Assembly: GCA_030765505.1 (NCBI GenBank)
Contig: JAVCCL010000025.1
Location: 14,865 to 78,864, forward strand
Origin: Candidatus Kaelpia imicola
GTDB taxonomy: Bacteria; Omnitrophota; Gorgyraeia; Kaelpiales; Kaelpiaceae
Length of the DNA: 64,000 nt
Direction: 5' to 3'
Position numbers and translations under genes: made by a program. Positions 1 to 8,890 of this stretch are shown here, one piece after another (position 1 is the first letter of the stretch; each line of letters opens with the position of its first letter). A model generated the notes under the pieces. The model saw nothing but the letters and a program-made list of their open reading frames with translations, did no database searches and was not told the origin of the DNA.

Positions 1-359
1 TAGAGAATTTAGTACTGTTGCTGTTTGTATAAATATATTTTAAATAATGCAAGCTGCAGAGAAATGAGTTGTTCTATTTTAGATTAACTGTAGAAGCAAG
101 CTGTATTTGGACCATAGATTAGAAGCTATTTGAAAGCTTTATTTCGCAGGTTTGAAAAAAACAATAAAAATACTGCCAGCTAAAATATGGGGTGTTTTTG
201 AAAAAAAAGCACCTTCTTTCGAGAAATTCCAAAGGTACCGACTCTCTAAATAGCGAAAAAAAAACGGGATTTGAGAATAGTTGTCTCAGCTTATAAATAT
301 TGTAACTTCTATAATATATTGACTTTTTATCCTCTAAATTTTACCATTGGTTAGGAATA

Positions 360-1952
360 ATGTTAAAACAATTTAAATCTAATCCAAAAAATATAGCTCT
401 CATAGTTATAACAGGAACTATCCTTCGTCTATATAAATTAGGCTATCATGACTTCTGGTATGATGAAGCGATGAGCATAGCGTTGGCTCGAGTACCTCTA
501 AACATTACCACTCCCCCTCTCTACTATCTTCTTCTTAATATATGGATGAAATTGTTCCCAATTAATGAGTTTTATCTTCGATTACCTTCATTGCTTTTCA
601 GCGCTGTATCTATACTATTAATTTTCATTCTGGGTAAAAAATTATTCAGTCCCAACATTGCTCTTTTTGCAGCTGCTATAATGAGCTTTTGCCCTTTTCA
701 TATCTGGTATGCTCAAGAAGCCCGTCCCTATAGCCTGCTTTTATTGTTAGGCCTTTTATCTACTTTTTTACTTTATCAAGCCTTAACCAAAAACAAAACA
801 TACCTTCTAATATTATTTATATTAACTTCTGTTTTAGGACTCTATACAAGCTATTTTTTCGGAGTCCTTTTTGCCTGTCAATTATTGACTATACTTTTTC
901 TTTTCAAAAAATTTAAATTTAAATTCACAGGAATATTTTTCCTCTTTTTTACCCCGATATTTATCTTCTTACCCTGGCTATTAAAATTTTTAAGAAGATT
1001 ATGCTACATTTACCAAGGCTTCTGGATACCTGAACCTAATTTTAAATCTTTGCTGATAACTTTAGAAAATTTAAATGTTGGATACAATGCACTGCCCATT
1101 ATCTATATCCTCGCAAATGTTGTAACACTAATTTCAGCAATTTATATTCTTTTAAATATTAATAAATTACCCTGGAAAAAGGTAAATTTAGTTTTTATAT
1201 TATCTCTATTTTTACTTCCTATTTTCCTAATATTTGTATTTTCAAAATTTGTTACTTCCATCTATTTAGACCGAGCATTCTTAATATTTAGCCCTTATTA
1301 TTACTTGTTTTTAAGCCTGGGTATCTGCTCGATTAAACCGAAGCGATTCAAAAACATTGTAATCTCTCTATTTTTTATTTTACTCTTCTATGGAAATTAT
1401 GCTTATTTTACTGACAAGATGCCCTCATCAGAAATTCATCATATGGGGGCAATGCTTAAAAAACAGGTTAAACCAGCAGTTGAATTTATATCTAACAATT
1501 ATAAATCGGAAGATTTAATTGCCTATACTAATTTTTCTTTTCCAATATTATTCAATTATTATTCTTCACCTGAAGCTTTAGAGACTAACTCTCACACTAT
1601 TTTCAAATTCTTTAACAAGAAGAATTTACCGCAGCATACTTCTTCACACAAAACTTCTGCAAAGATGGTTAAAACCTTCGATCAGAAATACTTTATAATA
1701 CCGTCTGCTCAAGACCCCTACTGGAGAAGAGGATATGCAGCTGACTATAGTATTATTAATTTGGAGAAACATTCTCCGGCTAAAGAGATTAAGACCATTT
1801 GGCTTATTTCAACTAACTGGCAAAGAGATGGTCAGTTGGATGAAAATTCCCAAGCTGTAAACAGATGGATGGATAAAAATTATAATCTTATTCTTGAAAA
1901 AGAATTTCAGGGTATATTTATATTTAAATATGTTAAAAACTTCCGAGATTAA
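360..1952 (+). CDS. GT-C fold membrane glycosyltransferase (PMT_2 / ArnT-like, GT39/GT83 family)
   Basis: 530 aa with multiple TM helices in the N-terminal two thirds and a soluble C-terminal domain. N-terminal motif YHDFWYDEAMS and FYLRLPSLLFS are typical of the COG1807 polyprenyl-phosphate-sugar dependent glycosyltransferases. The gene is very AT-rich (about 25-33% GC). Confidence 0.65.
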   Translation: MLKQFKSNPKNIALIVITGTILRLYKLGYHDFWYDEAMSIALARVPLNITTPPLYYLLLNIWMKLFPINEFYLRLPSLLFSAVSILLIFILGKKLFSPNIALFAAAIMSFCPFHIWYAQEARPYSLLLLLGLLSTFLLYQALTKNKTYLLILFILTSVLGLYTSYFFGVLFACQLLTILFLFKKFKFKFTGIFFLFFTPIFIFLPWLLKFLRRLCYIYQGFWIPEPNFKSLLITLENLNVGYNALPIIYILANVVTLISAIYILLNINKLPWKKVNLVFILSLFLLPIFLIFVFSKFVTSIYLDRAFLIFSPYYYLFLSLGICSIKPKRFKNIVISLFFILLFYGNYAYFTDKMPSSEIHHMGAMLKKQVKPAVEFISNNYKSEDLIAYTNFSFPILFNYYSSPEALETNSHTIFKFFNKKNLPQHTSSHKTSAKMVKTFDQKYFIIPSAQDPYWRRGYAADYSIINLEKHSPAKEIKTIWLISTNWQRDGQLDENSQAVNRWMDKNYNLILEKEFQGIFIFKYVKNFRD

Positions 1953-3066
1953 TCTATTACTTTCTTTAATTCGGAATAGTAATCCTAAAATAAAAAAAGA
2001 TATAAATTGGAGCATATTTATACAGCATCTCATTACTCATGAATTAATGCCTTTTGCTTACCAAAGATTAAAACATAGAAAAGATATAGTTCCCTCCAGT
2101 ATCTATAGTCGTCTTAAAAACAGTTATTATTACAATCTATCCCGTGATAATAATCTCTGGCAGGAATTTTTAAATATTGTTGATAATTTTAAGCGCAGCA
2201 ATATAACCCTATTACCTATTAAAGGTATGGATTTATTTCTAAGATTCTATCCTGATTATTACTGGCGAGCTATGTCTGATATAGATATTTTGATAAAAGA
2301 AGAAGATTTCGATAAGAGTAATAAAATTTTATCCCAATTAGGCTATAAAAAAGAACTGTTAGGACATAGAGAAAGATATTGGCGTAAAAACCAATGTCAT
2401 GTTTCGTTTAAAAAATTAGGTATATTCTTAGAGGTTCACTGGGCATTGGATTTTAAAAGGAAAAATAGAATTTTATTAGATCATCTTTGGAGAAGAATAA
2501 AACAAGTAAATATAGAAAATAGAAAGATAGATATTTTATCTGCAGAAGATTCGGTATTTAGTCTTGCTTTACATAACCGCCGTATGGGAAGAATACTTTC
2601 TCTAAAGCAGATCTTAGATACATCAAATATTATAAATAGCACCCTGCGTTTTGACTGGAACTATATATTAAAAGAAACACAGCAAAGTAAATTACAGGCA
2701 ACAATTTATTTTTCTCTTACACAGGCGAAATTTTTTACTAATGCAAAAATACCTTCATCGTTTATCCAAAGACTGACTATACCCTGCTGGCAGAAAGAAA
2801 CAATTCAGAAATTTATATTCAACAATACATTTCCTCAAAATTTCAATTTTGATATCAAGAGAGACTATCTTAAAACACATTTTCTTATTTATGATAAAAT
2901 ACGAGAACCCATCTGTTACATTATAAATATTCCTTATGAGCAATTCTGCAAATTTTACAACTTGAAATTATATAGAGAAAAAACAAATCTTTTATACAGA
3001 ATGCGTTTAATTTTTATCCCGTTCAATCTGTTTAAAAAGATATTTTCCGGAAAAATACCTTTTTAA
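1894..3066 (+). CDS. Nucleotidyltransferase family protein (NTP_transf_5 / PF14907-like)
   Basis: LLPIKGMDLFLRFYPDYYWRAMSDIDILI matches the conserved block of the uncharacterised nucleotidyltransferase family that co-occurs with HprK-like kinases. The first Met overlaps the upstream GT-C gene by 59 nt, so the true start is probably MLKTSE at about 1930. The gene is AT-rich. Confidence 0.5.
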   Translation: MKKNFRVYLYLNMLKTSEINLLLSLIRNSNPKIKKDINWSIFIQHLITHELMPFAYQRLKHRKDIVPSSIYSRLKNSYYYNLSRDNNLWQEFLNIVDNFKRSNITLLPIKGMDLFLRFYPDYYWRAMSDIDILIKEEDFDKSNKILSQLGYKKELLGHRERYWRKNQCHVSFKKLGIFLEVHWALDFKRKNRILLDHLWRRIKQVNIENRKIDILSAEDSVFSLALHNRRMGRILSLKQILDTSNIINSTLRFDWNYILKETQQSKLQATIYFSLTQAKFFTNAKIPSSFIQRLTIPCWQKETIQKFIFNNTFPQNFNFDIKRDYLKTHFLIYDKIREPICYIINIPYEQFCKFYNLKLYREKTNLLYRMRLIFIPFNLFKKIFSGKIPF

Positions 3067-3484
3067 AAGGCCTAAGAATTATCTTTGCAATAGGGGCAAA
3101 TTTAACAATGGCCCAATTCAGATACTTACTCCATATTCTATCCAGCCTTGATATTCGACCATTTCGTAAAATACCAACAGCTTTACCTATGAGCTGTTCT
3201 TCAAGTATCGGTGAATTTAATTTTATCTGATTATCTCCGCGCGGATATAAGAAATATCTGTTTTGAGAGATGATTTTTTTTACCAAACGATGGCAGGTAA
3301 TCTGTTTATTAGAACGGTATACTATTATATCTCCGATATGTAAATTACTTGACTCTGTTTTCTTTACTACGACTTTCTCACCACTTTTAAGAAAAGGCCA
3401 CATACTAAAACCAACTGTCCCCAATACAAACATATCCTTCTTCTCTACCGCAAAATCTCTATTCATCTGTATCTTTAGATCCAT
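3032..3484 (-). CDS. S24/S26-type serine peptidase-like protein (LexA/signal-peptidase fold)
   Basis: 150 aa. GFSMWPFLKSGEKVVV resembles the GDSMxP..GD catalytic Ser motif of S24/S26 peptidases, and a downstream HRLVKK could provide the general-base Lys. It sits immediately downstream of, and is co-oriented with, the HprK-like kinase gene. Confidence 0.45.
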   Translation of the reverse strand: MDLKIQMNRDFAVEKKDMFVLGTVGFSMWPFLKSGEKVVVKKTESSNLHIGDIIVYRSNKQITCHRLVKKIISQNRYFLYPRGDNQIKLNSPILEEQLIGKAVGILRNGRISRLDRIWSKYLNWAIVKFAPIAKIILRPFKKVFFRKISF

Positions 3485-3528
3485 CTCTGATTTTGAGCCT
3501 CTACAGATCTATAATTCTAATTCCGTGC

Positions 3529-4539
3529 TTATCTGTGACTTACACTTCTTATAAACCGTACTATTTCTCTCTCTTTACGAAAACCTAATTTAAAACAGGG
3601 GATTTCCTTTATTAAGTCTAAACAGAAAGAACTTGAAATATTCATCTTATTTTCATTCCAAAAAACAGGAAATATATTAGGGAACATTAACTCAAAAGCT
3701 TTCCTATTACTTACATTCTTAATACTATTTTTTTTACTATGATAAATAAAGAGTATTTTCTTTAACTTTGCCGGCTCTGTTTCTGACTTAAGATAATCTT
3801 TAAAATCTCCATGCCAAGGTGTAGCATAAAGAGAATACTCCCCATTCTGTTTCCTTACAATCATTCTATCATCATTCAATATCTTTGCCCGGCTATATCT
3901 ATGCCATAATCTTGCCATTGTAGATTTCCCTGCCCCAGATGGACCAATAAATAACATTCCACTCCCATCAATATCTTTAATTCCTGTACCATGAAAAAAA
4001 ATTCCGTTCCTTTGAGTGAGATAATTTATTAAAAGAACCTGCAAAAAAGTATAAATTATCTGGTGACTATTCCACGACCACGAATCTTTACGAATTATAC
4101 TTGAATTATCCCGAATTTTTAATCTACGATGACCTGCTCCTGGTTCATAATAATTTATGTTTTTAAAGCTGTTTTCATCTGTATCCGATAAATAGACATC
4201 TCCCTGATTAAAATCTTTATTTAAAAAAATAATACCTTCTATTTCTCCCGGATTGTGGAGAGCATACTGCTCTAAAACAAATCCTCCACCCCTCTTATAT
4301 ATCCTCCAGTTATCTGCATTATCTACAGGATGGATTGTCTCAAACAATCTCTCTGCCTCACCTACTTTAGGTAACCTGTCTACTACTTTTATTTTAAGCC
4401 TGATAGCAGGGCTTTCTCTGCCTTTATAAACAAAATTAGAAAACCTCCAGTCATAGGATTTGTTTAAAGGTTTTAATGGAAATTTACTTTTACAGGATAT
4501 AATTATATCACCAATTTTTAATTTTAAACTATTATCCAT
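3529..4539 (-). CDS. HprK-related P-loop kinase (HPr kinase C-terminal-domain-like)
   Basis: 336 aa with Walker A GPSGAGKST within an HprK-like C-terminal domain of about 150 aa and a distinct N-terminal domain of about 180 aa. This resembles the HprK-related kinases of RiPP/lasso-type cassettes (for example the paeninodin kinase). The gene is AT-rich. Confidence 0.55.
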   Translation of the reverse strand: MDNSLKLKIGDIIISCKSKFPLKPLNKSYDWRFSNFVYKGRESPAIRLKIKVVDRLPKVGEAERLFETIHPVDNADNWRIYKRGGGFVLEQYALHNPGEIEGIIFLNKDFNQGDVYLSDTDENSFKNINYYEPGAGHRRLKIRDNSSIIRKDSWSWNSHQIIYTFLQVLLINYLTQRNGIFFHGTGIKDIDGSGMLFIGPSGAGKSTMARLWHRYSRAKILNDDRMIVRKQNGEYSLYATPWHGDFKDYLKSETEPAKLKKILFIYHSKKNSIKNVSNRKAFELMFPNIFPVFWNENKMNISSSFCLDLIKEIPCFKLGFRKEREIVRFIRSVSHR

Positions 4540-4905
4540 TTTTTATATACCGATTGATACCAGAACTAAATCATCTATAGAATATCCCATCAAACTATTA
4601 GTAAAGCCAAGAATACCTTAATACTTTTCCCGTCTTATGTTTCAGCACAAAAGAACCGTTCTGTAATTTTTGACTCAATTATAATTATCTAAAGTACCTT
4701 TTCTATATTCACCCTGTCAAATTTAAACATTCTTCTAAACAGTTTTATACCTTGTCTTTTTATCAAACAGTAAAAGTAAAAGTTTTTGAATCTTAAAAGT
4801 TCTCATTCTTGGTTAGAGTTAACTATCTTGGTCTTCTCAGGATGAAGTTTAAATTTTAATATCTCTTTTAATAAATTCCTTACCGCATTCTATTCTGACT
4901 AATTC

Positions 4906-5082
4906 TTATTTAATCTTATCCAAAATAACAAAATTACTACAGCAATGCAAATAAAATTTTTGTTTATGCTGCTGAGGAGTGAACTGTCCGGTTTTACAAA
5001 TGCTATAATTATCTCTCAAGAAAGGAGGCAATATGATAGAGAAGGCTATTATCACAATGGTGTTACAATAAAAATCACCCAC
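4906..5082 (-). CDS. Candidate small Cys-containing membrane peptide (58 aa, GTG start), hypothetical
   Basis: Open frame of 65 codons in about 25% GC DNA, which is unlikely by chance. GTG start with a weak AGGA 8 nt upstream. Sequence VGDFYCNTIVIIAFSIILPPFLRDNYSICKTGQFTPQQHKQKFYLHCCSNFVILDKIK. It lies between the secreted 157-aa gene and the kinase operon and is below the ORF-track length cutoff. Confidence 0.2.
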   Translation of the reverse strand: MGDFYCNTIVIIAFSIILPPFLRDNYSICKTGQFTPQQHKQKFYLHCCSNFVILDKIK

Positions 5083-5096
5083 TTTATATCCTAACT

Positions 5097-5570
5097 TCAG
5101 TTAATAATATACTGCATAATCACAACTCCCAGATCCATACAGCTTATACAGCCTCCGGATGAATTTAAATCTATAAGCATTGCAAGCTTATCAGGGTCTG
5201 GCTCTCTTCCCTGATAGATCAACCTATCCTCTAACTTCATAAGAGCAAACTCTATATAAGCAACACCCTTCTCATCTATTATCTCTATCTCAATTATTCC
5301 TGCATCATATAGGGCATCACTAAAGAACTCCTTAATGCTAGGATAATTGACAACAATATCATTAAAACTATTGTAATCATTTTTAGAGGCTTGGCGAAGC
5401 AGGTTATACATAACTTTAACATCTCCATTCTTCTCTCTATCTATCTCCTTAACTTTTTCCCTGATAATAGAATCTATGTTTAAATCACCGCGATAGGCAT
5501 AATCAGAAGCATAAGAACGGAGAGTTAGCAACAAATTAAATATCAGAAACAGCCAAACAAACTTTCCCAT
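5097..5570 (-). CDS. Secreted hypothetical protein (signal peptide)
   Basis: N-terminal hydrophobic signal MGKFVWLFLIFNLLLTLRSYA. No recognised domain. The C-terminus contains the Cys pair SSGGCISCMD. Confidence 0.4.
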   Translation of the reverse strand: MGKFVWLFLIFNLLLTLRSYASDYAYRGDLNIDSIIREKVKEIDREKNGDVKVMYNLLRQASKNDYNSFNDIVVNYPSIKEFFSDALYDAGIIEIEIIDEKGVAYIEFALMKLEDRLIYQGREPDPDKLAMLIDLNSSGGCISCMDLGVVIMQYIIN

Positions 5571-5574
5571 AATA

Positions 5575-6954
5575 TTATCTCCTTACAAGATAAGTAAAGT
5601 AAGCCGGGAATGTCTTAAGCAGAGCAAACTGAACATTGCGACTCTGCATAAAGTTCTTCCAGATAAACTCGGAGAAATAGTTCTCAACCATCAGAGCCGG
5701 AAAGATCACATCCATTCCGACTATCCAGTGAGAGTTTACTTCCGGCACACCCTCTCTATCTAAAGAGCCTGCATCCATCGATTCAACCAAAAGACCCGAC
5801 CTATCAAAGGCTTTATCGCGTATCTTATAGAACATTAGGAATGCGGGGTTATCCAAGATGGCATATTCCTGAAAAAATGGCATCGAACCTATTGCTGCAT
5901 AAGGAGCAACCGGCTTAATCCCGTTCTTTGAATTATAGAATCTCTCAGCTTCTCCAGCACCTGAAAGCGCTCCGCCAACTCTATCTCTATATTCCATAAC
6001 ACTTGAACCCATAGAGACCTTAGACCAGCATGCGCTTATACCAAAGATATTTTCTGGATAGTTATTATCAGAACACCATCTAATGTCAGCTAATACAGCA
6101 TCTTTCGTATTCTCCCACCAGTCAACATTGTAAAGGAGATCATTGTCCAACCTTCTAAAATCAATAAAAGCATGAGCAAAGAGGTAAGTAAAGAGTGAAC
6201 CGTACCAGGAATAGACATACTTACGGTCTTTATAGATACCCTCTTTCACTGTAATATTTCCAAAAGAGTCCCTGATATCTATTCTATAATCTACAACAGG
6301 TGAGCCCTGAGCAAGTATTGATATCAAAAGTATCTCATCTGTATAATAGTCCCAAAAACCAAAGAACCCGCTGTTCCAACCCATATGAAACTGCCTTCTA
6401 CCGCTATGAAAGAACTCTCTCCACTCTATATTGGAATAAAATTCATTCGCCTTCTCTCTACACTCAGGATAACCCTGAGATATCAGATATTCAGATGCTG
6501 TGATTATACCTGCTAAAAGAATCGAGGTATCTATTATCGAAACTTCAACTCCGGATTTATGAACAAAACTCTTACCCGATATATCTGGAACATAAAAATG
6601 ATAGAGAAAACCGGAAAAATTCTGACCTTTGGTTTTCTGAAGTTTTAAACAGCTTTCAACTGTCTCTAAAAACATGTCTTTCGCCTTCTCTTTTGAGATC
6701 AAACCTTTTTGAGCAGAGAGAGCCAGACCGGCAAGAGCAAAACCTGAAGTCGCTATATCAACCTCTTTGATGTAGGGCGAACTTTTATAAAGCCCGTTTA
6801 TCCTAAAGAACTTTTGATAGCAATAATTTAACTGCTGAGTCTGAAAATCCTTCAGCATATCTACGGCCTGATAAACCTCTAAATTTGAAGCTAAAACAGC
6901 TCTGACCTGAACTGTTAAAATCAGAGCAACTACTATCTCTCTTAATATCTTCAT
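5575..6954 (-). CDS. Secreted (alpha/alpha)6-barrel glycoside hydrolase-like protein (glucoamylase / DUF3131 / GH144-like, tentative)
   Basis: 459 aa with a signal peptide. The aromatic- and acidic-rich repeating pattern, and a length typical of six-hairpin glycosidases, suggest this fold. The family assignment is by recall only. Confidence 0.35.
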   Translation of the reverse strand: MKILREIVVALILTVQVRAVLASNLEVYQAVDMLKDFQTQQLNYCYQKFFRINGLYKSSPYIKEVDIATSGFALAGLALSAQKGLISKEKAKDMFLETVESCLKLQKTKGQNFSGFLYHFYVPDISGKSFVHKSGVEVSIIDTSILLAGIITASEYLISQGYPECREKANEFYSNIEWREFFHSGRRQFHMGWNSGFFGFWDYYTDEILLISILAQGSPVVDYRIDIRDSFGNITVKEGIYKDRKYVYSWYGSLFTYLFAHAFIDFRRLDNDLLYNVDWWENTKDAVLADIRWCSDNNYPENIFGISACWSKVSMGSSVMEYRDRVGGALSGAGEAERFYNSKNGIKPVAPYAAIGSMPFFQEYAILDNPAFLMFYKIRDKAFDRSGLLVESMDAGSLDREGVPEVNSHWIVGMDVIFPALMVENYFSEFIWKNFMQSRNVQFALLKTFPAYFTYLVRR

Positions 6955-7198
6955 CTTAACTTATAAATAGCAATATATATGCCAAATATAAATAACAGAG
7001 CTTATTACTGTAAGTAATTATAGACAAAGGTGTTAAGCGGAAAATGCTTTTTGACTCCCTAAAAAATTAAAAGTACAATAGTACAATATTTTCTAATCTA
7101 ACTTAATAAATATTTAATAAATGCATTTAAGATTATATTACCTAAATCGTTAAAATTAAATGGGGTTAGAGTAAACTTTAGTTGCAGTTTATGGGTAG

Positions 7199-7500
7199 AG
7201 GCAGGTCCGTAAGCCGAATTCTGTTTTAGATAACCATCTGTCTACTATCCGAATTGCTTCGGATATTTAGCGGTTAACCCGCCCGCTGGGCCGGGCCAGC
7301 CTTAAACGCGGACTATTCAACCTTAACTCGCATAGAGATTGCCACGTTTCACCTCTCCCAGTTCAGGGAGAACTCGTCTCTGCGGCTCTTATCCTGACAG
7401 GTCTAAAAAACCTGCGTTCCGACGTTATCGGAATATGCTCACCCTCTGAGTTCGGACTTTCCTCCCTTTCAAAAGAAAGAGCGGCTATCCAACCTGCCTC
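7199..7500 (-). ncRNA. rnpB: RNase P RNA (bacterial type A, compact, about 300 nt)
   Basis: The minus-strand transcript begins GAGGCAGG and ends CCUGCCUC, forming the P1 helix. It contains GGGAGGAAAGUCCGAAC (CR-I/P4 5' strand), GAUAAGAGCCGCAG (GGUAAGAGC-like) and ACAGAAUUCGGCUUA (CR-V/P4 3' strand). The P4 pairing UCCGAA/UUCGGA covaries relative to the E. coli UCCGGG/CCCGGC. The region is GC-rich and free of ORFs. Confidence 0.65.
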
Positions 7501-7501
7501 T

Positions 7502-7915
7502 TTAAAATAAAACATCCTTGGATTCTGCAGCAGAATAAGCAAGCTTATCCGCCTCTCTATTCTCTTCCCGCAAAATATGATTAAACTCTATACTTTCAAA
7601 ATTATTCAGTAAGTACTTTATATTTACAAGGAGAGGTTTTAAATGTTCCTTCTTTGTCTTATACTCCCCCTTAACCTGCTTAACCAGCAACTCGCTATCT
7701 AAAAACACCTTTAAATCATCTATCCCTAAAAGCAGCGCTTCGGTAAGACCAACGATAAGGGCCAAATATTCAGCAACATTATTAGTACTAGAACCAATGG
7801 GCAGAGAGAGCTCTTTTAAGATAACCCCATGAGAATCTTTGATCACAACACCAACCCCGGCTGGGCCAGGATTACCGCGGGAAGAACCATCTGAATAAAG
7901 CCTAAAACTACTCAT
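7502..7915 (-). CDS. rnhA: Ribonuclease HI-like protein
   Basis: YSDGSSRGNPGPAGVGVV and AEYLALIVGL motifs belong to the RNase H fold. The track ORF extends to 7954, but the likely start is the internal Met (MSSFRLYSDG) at 7915, which overlaps the upstream Zn-ribbon gene by 8 nt. Confidence 0.7.
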   Translation of the reverse strand: MSSFRLYSDGSSRGNPGPAGVGVVIKDSHGVILKELSLPIGSSTNNVAEYLALIVGLTEALLLGIDDLKVFLDSELLVKQVKGEYKTKKEHLKPLLVNIKYLLNNFESIEFNHILREENREADKLAYSAAESKDVLF

Positions 7916-8627
7916 CGAGATAGAATATCCTAGAGCAGCGCTCACAAGTAACAATACTGCTTGCTCTCTTTATCTCATTTATAGTTTGAGGACGTAAACT
8001 TAAATGGCAGCCACCGCAAGCACCATCAACAACTGGAACAATAGCTAAACCATCCTTGCTCTCAATCAATCTTTCATAAATAGAGAGAACCTCAGGGTCT
8101 ACCTCTTGAGCGATTTTGCCTCTCTCTACTTTTTGAGATTGAATCTTCTGTTCAATTACAGCCACATCCTGCTTAACTTTATATTCTTCCTGCTGAAACT
8201 CTTCTTTAAACTTCTTGAACTCATTCTTCTCTCTGTTAAGCCTTAAGTCTATCTCATCCATGCTATCCATTAGCTTCAATATCTCGTCTTCAATGCATGA
8301 ATTATCGGCCTTCTTACCCTCTATCTCACCTAAAAGAGCTTTATACTCTTTGTTCGTCTTTACTTGAAGAAGCTGCTGCTGAAACTTCCGGATCCCCTCT
8401 TCGGCAATCTGGAGTTCTAACTCCTTATCTTTTATCTTAACCTGCAGATCCTTGATCTCTTCTTCAATTCTATCAATCTCTTCTTTTTTCTGATCTAACT
8501 CAAGCCTAAAGTCCTGAAGTTTTTTAGGCATATCCTCTTTACGAAAACTCAAATCACGGAGCCTGGAATCATACCCCTGGAGCTCTTTTAAAAATTCTAT
8601 CTGCTTTTTAAAGTCTTGCACTTTCAT
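7908..8627 (-). CDS. Coiled-coil protein with C-terminal C4 zinc ribbon (COG1579-like)
   Basis: Long coiled-coil followed by CGGCHLSL...CERCSRIF. This family is commonly found upstream of an RNase H-like gene. Confidence 0.6.
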   Translation of the reverse strand: MKVQDFKKQIEFLKELQGYDSRLRDLSFRKEDMPKKLQDFRLELDQKKEEIDRIEEEIKDLQVKIKDKELELQIAEEGIRKFQQQLLQVKTNKEYKALLGEIEGKKADNSCIEDEILKLMDSMDEIDLRLNREKNEFKKFKEEFQQEEYKVKQDVAVIEQKIQSQKVERGKIAQEVDPEVLSIYERLIESKDGLAIVPVVDGACGGCHLSLRPQTINEIKRASSIVTCERCSRIFYLDE

Positions 8628-8641
8628 ATAAGTTCATCAAC

Positions 8642-8715
8642 TGGGCGATAGAGGACTCGAACCTCCGACATCCACGATGTGAACGTGGCGCTCTAACCAG
8701 CTGAGCTAACCGCCC
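8642..8715 (-). tRNA. tRNA-Val (anticodon CAC)
   Basis: The minus-strand sequence GGGCGGTTAGCTCAGCTGGTTAGAGCGCCACGTTCACATCGTGGATGTCGGAGGTTCGAGTCCTCTATCGCCCA folds into a cloverleaf with anticodon loop UUCACAU. CCA is not encoded. Confidence 0.85.
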
Positions 8716-8744
8716 GCTCAACACTTTCTAACCATACTATTAAA

Positions 8745-8817
8745 TGGTCCCGCCAGGACTTGAACCTGGAACCAACTGATTATGAGTCAGCTGCTCTGCC
8801 AATTGAGCTACGAGACC
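8745..8817 (-). tRNA. tRNA-Met (anticodon CAU; elongator type, or tRNA-Ile2 if lysidinylated)
   Basis: The minus-strand sequence GGTCTCGTAGCTCAATTGGCAGAGCAGCTGACTCATAATCAGTTGGTTCCAGGTTCAAGTCCTGGCGGGACCA has a G1-C72 pair, so it is not an initiator. The anticodon loop is CUCAUAA. Confidence 0.8.
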
Positions 8818-8890
8818 AATCAATCAGCAAATGTTAATTTTAGCATATCAAATTAAAAAAGCAACACAACTTTACTAAAACTTGCCCAGT

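Noticed and set aside
3270-3554. 94-aa plus-strand ORF considered as a possible PqqD-like chaperone in the kinase cassette
   Set aside because: It is antisense to the S24/S26-like peptidase gene, has no RBS, and its sequence has no PqqD-like features.
4945-5094. 49-aa plus-strand ORF (MQIKFLFMLLRSELSGFTNAIIISQERRQYDREGYYHNGVTIKITHFIS)
   Set aside because: It has no SD, it is convergent with the 157-aa gene, and it is probably the shadow of the minus-strand 58-codon frame. The internal SD-ATG is retained as a low-confidence alternative under the gap finding.
7199-7500. Alternative reading of the structured GC-rich RNA as tmRNA
   Set aside because: There is no tRNA-like 3' end (GGUUCGAxUCC...CCA) and no tag-peptide ORF, whereas the RNase P elements (GGAAAGUCCG / ACAGAAxxCGGCUUA / GAUAAGAGC / P1) are all present.
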